Shown here in pieces: positions 9,794 to 19,941 of a stretch of 64,000 nt of DNA. The stretch is from Alphaproteobacteria bacterium. GTDB lineage: Bacteria; Pseudomonadota; Alphaproteobacteria; MPNO01; UBA830. The translations under genes were made by a program, and so were the position numbers. The stretch is taken from the NCBI GenBank assembly GCA_965243135.1, contig OZ251539.1, positions 3,168,001-3,232,000 on the forward strand, read 5' to 3'. Each line of letters begins with the position of its first letter. Position 1 is the first letter of the stretch. The notes below the pieces were generated by a model. That model did not search any database. It was given only the letters and a program-made list of their open reading frames with translations, and was not told the DNA's origin.

Positions 9794-12700
9794 ATGTCTC
9801 AGAAGACGACCGTGGCGGTTCTCGTCGCCACCGCTAATCGACCGACTCTGCTGAAAAGTCGGGCCCTTCCCTCGATCGCAGAACAATCCCGGCCGCCGGA
9901 CCGCGTGGTCATCGTCGACGATTCGACCGACGACATGGCCGAACATATCGAGAGGCTGGTCCAAGGCTGGCAACCTCCGGGAATCGCTGTCGATTTCCTG
10001 CGCAACCGGCGGACGAAAGGCGCGGCCGGCGCATGGAATTCCGGTCTGGATCATTTGCTGCGGACATGCGGCGATCCGGCCCTGCTCTACGTCGCGATCC
10101 TTGACGACGACGACCGATGGGCGCCGCGCCATCTGGAGACATGCCTGGAAGCCGCGGATAATTTCGGCTTCGAGGTGATCGCGGCGCCTTTTCGGAGAAT
10201 CGAGGAAGGCGCCGAACCGAGCTTGACGATTCCGCCGCCGAACCTCGACGAGGCGGATTTTCTGGCGGGGAATCCCGGCATCCAGGGCAGCAATCTGGTC
10301 ATCCGTCTGGACGCGCTGCTCGAAGCCGGGCTGTTCGACGAGTCGCTCGCTAGCTGCACGGATCGCGACCTGTGCATCCGTATCTCCGAGTTGCCGAACG
10401 CGCGCTACGGCGTCACGTCCGAGGCAACCGTCGATCATTTCGCCTGCGCGTCGCGGGCGCGCCTGTCCACGCCGGGTTCGGACGCCAAAATAAGGGGATT
10501 GGACCGCTTCTACCGCAAGTACCGGGGCCGCATGTCCGAAGATTTGCGCCGGAAATTCCGGGCGCGGGCGGCTCGGAATTTCGGGTGGGAGGAATCGGCG
10601 CCGAAAGCCATGAACGGAGCCGCCGCGCGCCGCGGACCATCGCCGCCGCGGTCCTCGGCGCCGCCGCAAGCGCCGCCCCATCTGATTGTCGGGATGATCG
10701 CCGACACGGCGCGACTCGAAGACTTGGGTGGTTTGCTCGCGGACCTTCGCGGCCTCGCCGAGGACCCCGAACTTTCGGGCCTCGACGTTCTGATCCTGGA
10801 GAACGGGCAAGGACGGGCGCCCGACGAATCGTTGCGGAGCCTTGTCGAGCGCAAGCGCACGGATGGCCTGCGGGTCCATCTCGTGGACCGCGCACGGCAC
10901 GCCGAGGACGCGAGAAACGCACTTGTCCTCGACGGCGGCGCGGGAGAGGGACGCAGGCTGGCCATAGCTCCCGCTCGAACGGTTCTCCAATCGTATCTGT
11001 ACGCGTTCGCCAAGCGCCGGCCCGGCGCTGTGGTATGGATCGTCGATGACGACATGCGGCTGGATCCGCTCGTCATCGGAAAGGACGGGCGATTGCGGCG
11101 GCAACCCCGGCCGCTCGCGTCGACCCTGCGGGAACTTCGCAGACTCCACGCGGGCGGCAAACTCGACATCGCCATCGGGACGTACGCCGGGGCGCCTCCG
11201 CTGCCGTTCGCGGCGACAGTGCGGGTGCAGCTCGTCGATCTGACCGCGTCGCTCCGGTTGCTGGCGTCGCTGGATCCGAAGGGGATCCTGCCGGACAGCG
11301 GCACGGAGAATGCGAATCTGCGATCCGGCCGGCGCGACTATTTTTACGACCTTTCGCGCGAGGAAACGGATCGCTTGGAAACGCCGTTCTGGATCGTTCC
11401 CGCGTTTCCGGGCGAAACCGTCGGCGAAGCCTTTGAGCGGATTTCCATGACGGCCGAACGTATCCTGGCCGGCGAGCAGATCTTCCGGCCCCTCGCGGCC
11501 ATTGCCGACGCCGACCCTCTGGAGTCGATCGGCGTGGGCCTCCAGCGCGGCGGCAATACGTTCGTGTTCGATGTCGAGGCGTTGAGGCTGGCGCCAAATC
11601 CCTCGCCAACCATCGACGGGCGGCCAAGCCGACGCTCCGACATGATCTGGGCCCTGCTGCAGGAGCGCCGCTTCGGCCGGCGGGTCGCCACCGTGCCGAT
11701 CGCCCTCTATCACGACCGCTCTCGCGTCCTTGCCGGAGAACTGGACGCCGAGCGCATCGTGGACGACGTTCGCGGCTATGCGACGTTTTCGGCTCTCCAG
11801 GACACTCTCGAATCCATTCCCGACGACGGGCGAGGCTCTGTCACGGATAGCTTCGGCCAGATCGAAGGAGGGATCGAACGCTTCACGAATCTTGCGCGCA
11901 AGTACCTTGAAGAACGGCTGGCGGCGTTCCGCCTGTCCTTCTACCGCATCCTCGGCCTGAAACGCGTCCTTCGCAGACTCGTGGACGACGGGGAGATCTG
12001 GTGGCGGGAGGAGCGGTACCGGGACGCCAGAGCGCAGCTCCGAACGTTCTGCGATCGGCTGGACCGCTTCTACGCGATGGAGATTCTGAACCGTATCGAA
12101 CGCGAAGCTGAAGCCTTGCAGGCTCCTCAGATTCGCGAATTTCTCGATCAGCTTCCCAAGGAGATCGAAGCGCATCGGAACCGACTCTCGAAGTTCCCGG
12201 CTCTGGCGCATGGTATCGAGGGCGAAAGAATCCTTAACGCCAAAGCCGTCGCTGCGCGGCTGGGCGGGTCCGCCGATCCTCTCACGGTATTGGGATGCGG
12301 CATGGAAGGCGTGGCGCTCACCGACGGGAAACGGGTGATCAAGGTCTTCGACTACTGGTGGAAGTCGTCGCACGTCATCTCGGCTCCATCGTATCTGCGC
12401 ACGCTCCCAAGCGCGTGGAAGGGCACGCGTTGCCTATATCCCATCCTCGATTTCCGTGAATGGGGATATCGCGCGGTACTGGTCTATCCGTTCGAGGTCA
12501 GCGAACCGTACTCTGGCGGCCACGGGCCGGGCATGGCCGAGTTCCTTGCCGAATGCCGACGGCATGACGTCGTTTGCCGCAACCTCCATCCCGACAACCT
12601 GCGGGTCGTCGATGGGCGGGTCCGGCTGGTCGACTACGGATCGGATATTCGTCCTCTGGAAAAGGAGCGCGAGTTCGCGGCGATGTGCCAACGGGGCTGG

Positions 12701-15043
12701 CTATGTTACCGCTGGGCGAACCGTCCCGACCTCAAATCGATCATGCGTCGGGCCCGAAACGATGCGGCCATCGCCGAACTGGATGGCTTCGAGCGGTTTT
12801 ACGAGGCGGTTCGACGGATGACGGGACTGCAGCGAACGTCGGAGGACATCGTTCTCAAGATGGCCGGTCGACCCGTGCGCGTCCTCGATTACGGGTGCGG
12901 AAGCGGCCGGCTGGCCAAGGCAATGGCGAACCGGGGAGCGCGAGTCCTGGGCTACGACCCCGACCGCGCCCATCGAGCGCGCTGGGATTCGCGTTGCGCG
13001 GCAACGAACCGGTTGCGATTTACGAGCGACCGGGACGAGGCGCTGGCGGCCGGACCGTTCGATCTCGTGATCTGCCGCCGAGTGCTCTGCACCCTCGAGG
13101 ACGATGTCGAATTGCGAGCCGTGTTCGACGACCTGCGGGCCTCGGTAAGCGAGCGCGGCCATGCCATCGTGACCGTATGCGACCCGCACTTCACGTTCGG
13201 CGGTCCGACCCCGGAGGCCGACCGCGAATTGCCGCCCGGGGCACGTTACGAAAGCACTTTCACATGGCGCAAGAGGCTGCGCGCAACGGGACGGGTGCGG
13301 CGCGACGTGCATCGGCCTGAGCGGGCGTTGCGGCGCGAATTCGCCCGTGCGGGTCTTGCGGTGTGCCGCCGTCTCGAAGTGCCGACGGTCGATCTGGAGC
13401 GGTTCGAGCCGGCATCGGATCAATTGGCGTTCGAACTACGGCCGTTGGCCCCCCTTGCCGGAAAGGTCGCGCTGATGGTCAAGGCGTGCGCGATGGAGGC
13501 GAAGACCCTCGACATCCAGCTCCGCCACCTGGTTTCGCAACTCGAAGAGCCAAGAGCGTTCGCCGAGCGGATTCTCGTGATCGATTCCCGCGAGAACGGT
13601 TTTCTCAGACAATACGCGCAGGGCGACCTGCGCAGTCTGCGAGAAGCGGCGCATCGTCTGGCGGAAGCCGGTTGGATCGACCGGATCGTAGAGGGACCCG
13701 GCGACGGCGAGGCCACCGCAGCGCTGCATCGCGCGTGGTTCGGGATTCCGTGCCCGCTGGCGCACGTCGCGACCGGTATTCAGTCAGCTTCGACGTTGAC
13801 GGGTTTCGAGGCATGCACGACGCGCTATGTCCTCCATGTAGACGCGGATGTCATGATCGGCCGTCTGGATCGCAACCACGACTATCTGGCCGAGATGACG
13901 GCGGCGCTGGCCGGAAACCCCGACGCGCTCACAGTGTCGTTCTACATCGCATCCGACCGCGACCGGCCAGTCGGCGCCGATGAAGGGTCCGGTCCATGGC
14001 GCACGGAAACGCGCGCCGGGATGTTGGATCTCTTTCGACTGCGCCGTGCGCGCCCGCTGCCGAACGCGCTCGACGGAAACCGCTTGGCGCTCCCTTGGCA
14101 CAGAGCGTTGGACCAAACCGTCCGGGAAGGGATTGGGCGCTCCTATCGGGGCGGCGACCGCCGGGCCTTCTTCGTGCATCCACCCAACGTGCGCAAGCGA
14201 GATCAGGAAGCGTGGTTCGCGACGCTCGACCGTATCGAACGGGGAACGGTTCCAAGCGTTCAGAAAGATAGAGTGAACTGGACGGGCACCGCCGAGGAAT
14301 GGTCGGGGCCGCAGCGGAACGAACCCTTCGTGTTCGTCGTCTCGGGCCGCAACGTGCCGCCGGGCCGGCTGCGCCGCTGCCTCGACTCGATGATCCGCCA
14401 GCGCGGTCCGCAATGGGGCGCCGTGGTCTTCGACGACGCATCGGAGCCGCGCTTCGCCGATCATTTCGAGATCGCCTGTACGCAGCTCGGAGCGCACTGC
14501 ACGATCGTTCGGAACCGGGTTCGGCGCGGGCTGCTGCCCAACATGGTCGCCGCCATTCGGACGATATGCACGAACCCCGACTCGGTGATCGTGACGTTGG
14601 ATGCGGACGACGCCCTGATCGGCGCGCGGGTCCTGGAGCGGCTGAACGAAGAATACCATCGGGGCGCCGACGTCACTGTGGGTTCGATGCTGCGGACCGA
14701 TCAGGCCGCCGACTATCCTGTGCACTTCGACCGGCCGCGCGAACGGCGAGGCGGCAACATCTGGCAACATTTGCGGTCGTTCAAGAAGCGGCTGTTCGAC
14801 GCCATACCGGACGATGCCCTGCGCCTCGATGGCGGCTACATCGATTTGGCCAACGACTGGGCGTTCATGCTGCCCATCGTGGAGATGGCCCGCAACCCTG
14901 CGCACATCCCAGACCCGCTCTATCTGCACGAACCTTCGGCGACCGGGAAAAGTCCGGCAATAAGGGCGGCCCGCGAAGAAATCGTGGCGCGTATCGTCGC
15001 CAAGAATCGAGTCTTGCCAGACGACGGCCGGGTCGGATCCTGA
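9794..15043 (+). CDS. Giant multidomain protein: GT2 - GT-A-like - kinase-like - class I SAM-methyltransferase - GT-A-like - GT2
   Basis: 1749 aa with GGAGA RBS. DxD-type motifs LDDDD, VDDDM, VDADV, LDADD. Kinase-like LGCGMEG / VIKVF / RNLHPDN / VDYG. MTase motif VLDYGCGSG...FDLVIC. Confidence 0.85.
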   Translation: MSQKTTVAVLVATANRPTLLKSRALPSIAEQSRPPDRVVIVDDSTDDMAEHIERLVQGWQPPGIAVDFLRNRRTKGAAGAWNSGLDHLLRTCGDPALLYVAILDDDDRWAPRHLETCLEAADNFGFEVIAAPFRRIEEGAEPSLTIPPPNLDEADFLAGNPGIQGSNLVIRLDALLEAGLFDESLASCTDRDLCIRISELPNARYGVTSEATVDHFACASRARLSTPGSDAKIRGLDRFYRKYRGRMSEDLRRKFRARAARNFGWEESAPKAMNGAAARRGPSPPRSSAPPQAPPHLIVGMIADTARLEDLGGLLADLRGLAEDPELSGLDVLILENGQGRAPDESLRSLVERKRTDGLRVHLVDRARHAEDARNALVLDGGAGEGRRLAIAPARTVLQSYLYAFAKRRPGAVVWIVDDDMRLDPLVIGKDGRLRRQPRPLASTLRELRRLHAGGKLDIAIGTYAGAPPLPFAATVRVQLVDLTASLRLLASLDPKGILPDSGTENANLRSGRRDYFYDLSREETDRLETPFWIVPAFPGETVGEAFERISMTAERILAGEQIFRPLAAIADADPLESIGVGLQRGGNTFVFDVEALRLAPNPSPTIDGRPSRRSDMIWALLQERRFGRRVATVPIALYHDRSRVLAGELDAERIVDDVRGYATFSALQDTLESIPDDGRGSVTDSFGQIEGGIERFTNLARKYLEERLAAFRLSFYRILGLKRVLRRLVDDGEIWWREERYRDARAQLRTFCDRLDRFYAMEILNRIEREAEALQAPQIREFLDQLPKEIEAHRNRLSKFPALAHGIEGERILNAKAVAARLGGSADPLTVLGCGMEGVALTDGKRVIKVFDYWWKSSHVISAPSYLRTLPSAWKGTRCLYPILDFREWGYRAVLVYPFEVSEPYSGGHGPGMAEFLAECRRHDVVCRNLHPDNLRVVDGRVRLVDYGSDIRPLEKEREFAAMCQRGWLCYRWANRPDLKSIMRRARNDAAIAELDGFERFYEAVRRMTGLQRTSEDIVLKMAGRPVRVLDYGCGSGRLAKAMANRGARVLGYDPDRAHRARWDSRCAATNRLRFTSDRDEALAAGPFDLVICRRVLCTLEDDVELRAVFDDLRASVSERGHAIVTVCDPHFTFGGPTPEADRELPPGARYESTFTWRKRLRATGRVRRDVHRPERALRREFARAGLAVCRRLEVPTVDLERFEPASDQLAFELRPLAPLAGKVALMVKACAMEAKTLDIQLRHLVSQLEEPRAFAERILVIDSRENGFLRQYAQGDLRSLREAAHRLAEAGWIDRIVEGPGDGEATAALHRAWFGIPCPLAHVATGIQSASTLTGFEACTTRYVLHVDADVMIGRLDRNHDYLAEMTAALAGNPDALTVSFYIASDRDRPVGADEGSGPWRTETRAGMLDLFRLRRARPLPNALDGNRLALPWHRALDQTVREGIGRSYRGGDRRAFFVHPPNVRKRDQEAWFATLDRIERGTVPSVQKDRVNWTGTAEEWSGPQRNEPFVFVVSGRNVPPGRLRRCLDSMIRQRGPQWGAVVFDDASEPRFADHFEIACTQLGAHCTIVRNRVRRGLLPNMVAAIRTICTNPDSVIVTLDADDALIGARVLERLNEEYHRGADVTVGSMLRTDQAADYPVHFDRPRERRGGNIWQHLRSFKKRLFDAIPDDALRLDGGYIDLANDWAFMLPIVEMARNPAHIPDPLYLHEPSATGKSPAIRAAREEIVARIVAKNRVLPDDGRVGS

Positions 15044-15179
15044 AATGGGACGCAGCGATTTCTTCGGATAGTGCGCTTCCACGAAACCGCCGACCCGCTT
15101 TGAAGGCGCGCGAGTTGATCCTGTGTCGATCACTCAGGAAAAGAGCTGAGGTCAAGAATCGGGCGCAATGCGGCGGACG

Positions 15180-15790
15180 GGGGCGTCGACGAGCCGTTCG
15201 ATGTGATCCGCTCCAAGCTCATGCGCCTCAGCGACCACGGAGGGCAGGCGCAGTACACCCTGAAACGCGATCGCCAATCGCCGCCTTGCGTCGAGTCTTG
15301 CGAGGTCGCCAACCTCGGCCCCAAGCCGTGCACCGAACGGGAAACCGTCGGCGACCCGAAACGCGCAGATCTCGTCCATCCGATGTGCAGTTCGCCGACG
15401 AGGGACGAAGTGCGGCGAACCGTAACCTCGCCCGAGTTCGCGATCAGCTGGGAGGACGGCAACCTTCGGACGAGTATGGTCGGGATCGTGCCGGACGGCA
15501 TCTTGGAATCGCTGCCCAAACGGAGAAAAAACCGCAACGCCGGTTTACAACGCCATCGGCAAGGGAAAACTGCACCGCAGGCATCCTGAAGTGGGAATGG
15601 AACAGTATCGGGATCTTCAGGACGCTCTCGACTATCGGGAAACGGTCTGGGATGAAAGCCCCAACCAATTTCCCACCCTGATTGTTCACGCTCCCCGAGA
15701 CGCTGACCGTTGGTGGCAATACGCGATCCCTCGACACGAAAGGCCGTCGTCTTTTGAGCGTCCATTCGGCGACGAGAGGCGCCGCCACGC
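15180..15790 (+). pseudogene. Probable fragments of one or two decayed genes
   Basis: Protein-like stretches without credible starts (GVDEPFDVIRSKLMRL...EFAISWEDGNLRTSMVGIVPDGILESLP; YRDLQDALDYRETVWDE...RWWQYAIP). Confidence 0.3.
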
Positions 15791-16252
15791 CAAAAAGGCC
15801 AAAACCGCCGTCATCCCGGGAAGCGGTGGAAAAAGAAATGACGGCGGTCAAAAGGGGAGCTTGGAGGGTCGCAACATCCCCGCAGGCACTATTTCAGCCG
15901 GTACAACGAGTGGCTCAAGCTCCCCGGCTGCAATATGGAGCCCGGCGACGATGAGAGCAATCGTCCTGGAAAGCGACGGTCGGCGGGAGCCGCACCGCCG
16001 GGAGACATGCCCGAAAGCCGCGGGGACTCTCGGCCTCGCCGCGGACGTCGAAGCCGCTTCTTGCGGGCCCACGCTATCGCAGATACAAGGGGAATTCAGA
16101 CTCAGCTTTCAAGTCGCCGTCAGAATCCGGCGCCGCAGGAGCTTGGATCGACTCGGCCGGGGGAAAACGCGATCCGTCTTCTCCTACCGGGGTGATCCCC
16201 GTTCCCGCTGCATGAAAACGGCAGAAGAACTGAACGAACAGCGAGGTGGATA

Positions 16253-18838
16253 GTGGCCTTATTACGTTACCAAAACCTTGGCGTTCATCGCCCTGACATT
16301 CTTATGGAGCGGTCGGTCAATGGCCTCAAGATATTCTATGACTTTCTAACTCAAGCGAAGAGGTACATGAAGAGCGAGAGCGCCGTGAAGCGGCTCGCGT
16401 GGCGCAAGGGAAACTCCCCCGACGACATTAAGCACAAGGGGCAAGGATCGTGGGTTCAGCTCACCGAGCCCGAAGATCGGCCCGACGAACCGAATGAGAC
16501 GTTCCGTTCTTTTCTCGACGAGAACGTCGAAAAAATCTACGAATGGCAACCGACGGAGGAGCGGCAAGACTCCGCTTTACGTCCGCATGATCGCTTCAAA
16601 TCCGAACACAGAATCCGGATTCTGGATCGGCATCCTGAGACTGAACAGCTTTTTCTCGAACGCGCACCGTCGGAAAACGCACAGCTTCTCCTTGAACCCA
16701 ACACTTACGTCATCGAACGTCAGCGGCGGGCGCTACGAGCGCTTCAGGACGCGCCGACGCAGGATCACCTGCCTCTGCTGCGGCTGTTCGAAAGTCTGGA
16801 TCATGCCGATTGGGAGAACGTATCCCCAGAATACATGGGCGAAGCGGACTGGACGGTGCTGACCGACCTCGACCGTCCCGGTACGAAAGAACAGCGGCGG
16901 TTCGTGGAAACGGCTTTGGGCACGCCGGATTTCGCTTTTCTGGAAGGTCCGCCCGGCTCGGGCAAGACCACGGCCATCTGCGAACTGATTCTCCAGCTGG
17001 CGAAGCGCGGCAAAAGGGTGCTGCTCTGCGCGTCCACCCACGTCGCCGTCGACAACGTGCTTGAGCGTCTGATGGACGGTGGCAATCCCCACCGCGATCT
17101 CATGATCCCGGTCCGCATCGGCGACAGGAGAAGAGTCTCGGACAAGGCGCGGCCCTGGCAAATCGAGAAGTTCGTCAGGACAGAGAGGAAGAGGATTCTA
17201 GGCGGGATCGACCGCGCCGAACCGCTCACGCGTTCCCGAGCGGCACTGCGCGAATTGTTGCGACAAGGAGACGAAACCATCGAACGCATGGTGCTCGACG
17301 CTGCCAATCTCGTTTGCGGCACTACCATCGGCATTCTGCAACACCCGGACATCAAGAAACGCGGCAAGGAACGCCGCGGTACCGTTCCCGAATTCGATAT
17401 TCTCATCATCGACGAGGCGTCGAAAACGACATTTCAGGAATTTCTCGTTCCCGCGTTATGGGCGAAACGCTGGATGATCGTGGGCGACGCGAAACAGCTT
17501 TCTCCATATGTGGACGACGAAGCGTTGGCCGTGAATATCGAAACATGTCTCCCGGAGAAATATAGGCGTGATGCTTGCGTTGACGCTTTCCTGGCCGCCA
17601 ACGACTCTCGCCCACGCGTCGCAGTGGTCGTAACGGATTCCGAGGCGGCCAAGCGCGCTTACAAGGCTGAATGCGCCGAGCGACCGGTAAAGGTCGTCGA
17701 CAGCGATGAAGCCACCGGGGGCGAATTGTGGGACGCCTCCATCGTCATCGGCGGGAGAGACAGCTTGCAGCAAAGATCGGGCGAATTGCCCCTGGACGTT
17801 GCCTCGCTTCGTTGCGCCGACGGCGAATTTCCGGTTCTCCGTCGGCGCGTCGATGCTTGGCTGCGTCTTTCCGGGCAAGACCGGGAGGAACAATCGGAAT
17901 GGGCGGAAGAGGTCGGCTGGCGACTGGCGCGGTTGTACGAGCAGCGGTTTACCGAGGAAGACAATGGAAAGACGAGGGCAGCGCAGCTCAAAGAACAAAT
18001 CGACAATCTTCTTCCCACGGAGGGCGATAAAGAGGTCTGGAAGAACATCGACAGGGTCAGACGCGTCGCTTTGCCGTCGGTGCTTGAATCTCTGCAATCC
18101 GGCTTCGAACGCGATGACCGCCAGCGCCGCGGGACAGCGCTTTCCGACGGTCTGCCCGATCACGTATTCAGACCGCGCCATGTGCTGCTCAGAACCCAGC
18201 ACCGGATGCATTCGGAGATAGCGCAGTTCTCGCATGACCACGTCTACGACAAAGAGGCGCTCCGCACGCCGGATGACATGGATCGAGAACGAGGCTGGAG
18301 CTACGGCCGTTACGATTATCGGGCCGTATGGATCGACGTGTCGGCGGACGGCGCTTTCAGCAACAACCGCAACGAGAAAGAGGCGCGCAAAGTCGTCGAG
18401 GAGCTCCGCCATTTCGACGAATGGGCGAAGGCCAACCGCAGGAGCGACGGTTCGCCATGGAAAGTCGCCGTTCTGACGTTCTACCGCGGCCAGGAGCGCG
18501 AAATCCGGAAGCATCTGCAGCGCTGGACGGGATCGGCTTCGGCCATGCGTCATTTCCGTCGCGGACCGGGAGGTCGCACGCATATAACCATCGAGCTTTG
18601 CACCGTCGATCGTTTCCAGGGCCACGAGGCCGACCTTGTCCTGATCAGTTTCGCCAACCGGCGGTCGACCAGCTTTCTCGAAAGCCCGAACCGCCTCAAC
18701 GTCGCGCTGACCCGCGCGCGTTACCAGCGGGTGGTCATTGGGGATCGCACTGCGATGCAACGCGCCAGGAACGGCGCGCTCCGCGAGTTCGCCAAACATG
18801 AGAAATGGGAACGCGATATGGGAAGGACGAGGGGATGA
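16253..18838 (+). CDS. Superfamily 1B (Upf1/DNA2/NAM7-like, AAA_11/AAA_12) helicase
   Basis: Walker A EGPPGSGKTT, ASTHVAVDNV, IIDEASK, VGDAKQL, LRTQHRMH, TVDRFQGHEAD, NRLNVALTRAR. Start uncertain (GTG 16253, or ATG 16304/16367). Confidence 0.92.
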   Translation: MALLRYQNLGVHRPDILMERSVNGLKIFYDFLTQAKRYMKSESAVKRLAWRKGNSPDDIKHKGQGSWVQLTEPEDRPDEPNETFRSFLDENVEKIYEWQPTEERQDSALRPHDRFKSEHRIRILDRHPETEQLFLERAPSENAQLLLEPNTYVIERQRRALRALQDAPTQDHLPLLRLFESLDHADWENVSPEYMGEADWTVLTDLDRPGTKEQRRFVETALGTPDFAFLEGPPGSGKTTAICELILQLAKRGKRVLLCASTHVAVDNVLERLMDGGNPHRDLMIPVRIGDRRRVSDKARPWQIEKFVRTERKRILGGIDRAEPLTRSRAALRELLRQGDETIERMVLDAANLVCGTTIGILQHPDIKKRGKERRGTVPEFDILIIDEASKTTFQEFLVPALWAKRWMIVGDAKQLSPYVDDEALAVNIETCLPEKYRRDACVDAFLAANDSRPRVAVVVTDSEAAKRAYKAECAERPVKVVDSDEATGGELWDASIVIGGRDSLQQRSGELPLDVASLRCADGEFPVLRRRVDAWLRLSGQDREEQSEWAEEVGWRLARLYEQRFTEEDNGKTRAAQLKEQIDNLLPTEGDKEVWKNIDRVRRVALPSVLESLQSGFERDDRQRRGTALSDGLPDHVFRPRHVLLRTQHRMHSEIAQFSHDHVYDKEALRTPDDMDRERGWSYGRYDYRAVWIDVSADGAFSNNRNEKEARKVVEELRHFDEWAKANRRSDGSPWKVAVLTFYRGQEREIRKHLQRWTGSASAMRHFRRGPGGRTHITIELCTVDRFQGHEADLVLISFANRRSTSFLESPNRLNVALTRARYQRVVIGDRTAMQRARNGALREFAKHEKWERDMGRTRG

Positions 18839-19941
18839 ACAAGCATGTCGTTTTGAAAAGACGGATCGCCATACGGGGCTGGCGCGTGGTCGGATATGTC
18901 TCCAAGGCGGACAAGCGGAAGGAACTCGAGCCGATTCTGGAGCGCGCCCGCGAAACGGGCGGGACGGACGCCGATGATGTGGCCCGGCATCTGCTTTTCG
19001 AGTCCTCCCGCAAGGTCGTCGCGCAGAGGCTTCTCCGCATCGGGAGAGTATTAAATCTCCTGGAAGAAAATGGCAGAAAATATAGGCTGACCGCGGACGG
19101 CGAGAGAGCCATCGACACCGGCAATGTGTTCGTGCCGGAGCATGGCGCATGGACCGTATGGGTGAGCGAAGATCCGTTGCTCCCGTCTCCCGTCCTGAGA
19201 ATCGACGCTTGGGAAGAACTTGACGCCCTTACCGAGAGCCGGAACCGCCGGGACGCGGAAAAGAAGCGATCGTTCGAGCCGTTGCCGGACATAATTCGCG
19301 AGGTCCAGGAAACGGAAGTCACGCCGCCCGCTTCCGGAGACGGCGTCGCGGTTCGTGTCGGTGAACTGGAGGAGAACGTTGAAGCGGTTTCCTCCGGCGA
19401 ATCCCTGAACCTGATATGGAGCGTCCATGAGCGCCGATTGCGCCTGCAGGGAAAGTGGGACAACAAGACGGTCGACTTCGAACTGGAGGCTCCCGAAACG
19501 CCGCCCGACGAGTTATGGGAAGCTCTTCTTGCCGGCGAAGGGCTATTGAACGATTGGGAACGGCATGCGTTGCGCGTTTCCTTCGCGGAAACGACCGAGA
19601 GCGAACGAGAAAGCATGTCTCGCGATTTGGAGATTCCGAAGCCGTCCGTGCCCCGTTTCGGGGAATTCGAGCCTCTTACGGTTCCGGAGATAGCCATCGC
19701 GGCCCGCTCGCGCGACGATGCCCGCGATTGGTCCGCCTGGCGCCTGCGAACGCGCATCCGAGACTTCGCCACGTCGGAACGTTATGACGAGTGGCGGAAA
19801 GAGGCTGCGGCGCCGTTCGTCGAACACCGCCCGGAGCTTCCCGCCAGGGCCGAACTCGCCGCCGAAGAATGGGCAAACGCCGGCGACAGGCCCGCTCCCC
19901 GAGCATGGCATCTCGTCGCGGCCGAGGACTGGAGACTGTAA
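18835..19941 (+). CDS. Hypothetical protein, possible N-terminal winged helix
   Basis: 368 aa; ATGA overlap with the helicase stop; wing-like segment LLEENGRKYRLTADGERAI. Confidence 0.8.
   Translation: MNKHVVLKRRIAIRGWRVVGYVSKADKRKELEPILERARETGGTDADDVARHLLFESSRKVVAQRLLRIGRVLNLLEENGRKYRLTADGERAIDTGNVFVPEHGAWTVWVSEDPLLPSPVLRIDAWEELDALTESRNRRDAEKKRSFEPLPDIIREVQETEVTPPASGDGVAVRVGELEENVEAVSSGESLNLIWSVHERRLRLQGKWDNKTVDFELEAPETPPDELWEALLAGEGLLNDWERHALRVSFAETTESERESMSRDLEIPKPSVPRFGEFEPLTVPEIAIAARSRDDARDWSAWRLRTRIRDFATSERYDEWRKEAAAPFVEHRPELPARAELAAEEWANAGDRPAPRAWHLVAAEDWRL

Noticed and set aside
9686-12373. 895-aa antisense ORF
   Set aside because: Lies opposite the giant GT gene and has no motifs; antisense shadow.
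9794-15043. Interpretation as an ordinary LPS/EPS biosynthesis gene
   Set aside because: No export, polymerase or nucleotide-sugar genes nearby, no TM segments, and neighbours are nucleic-acid enzymes. Not excluded, but disfavoured.
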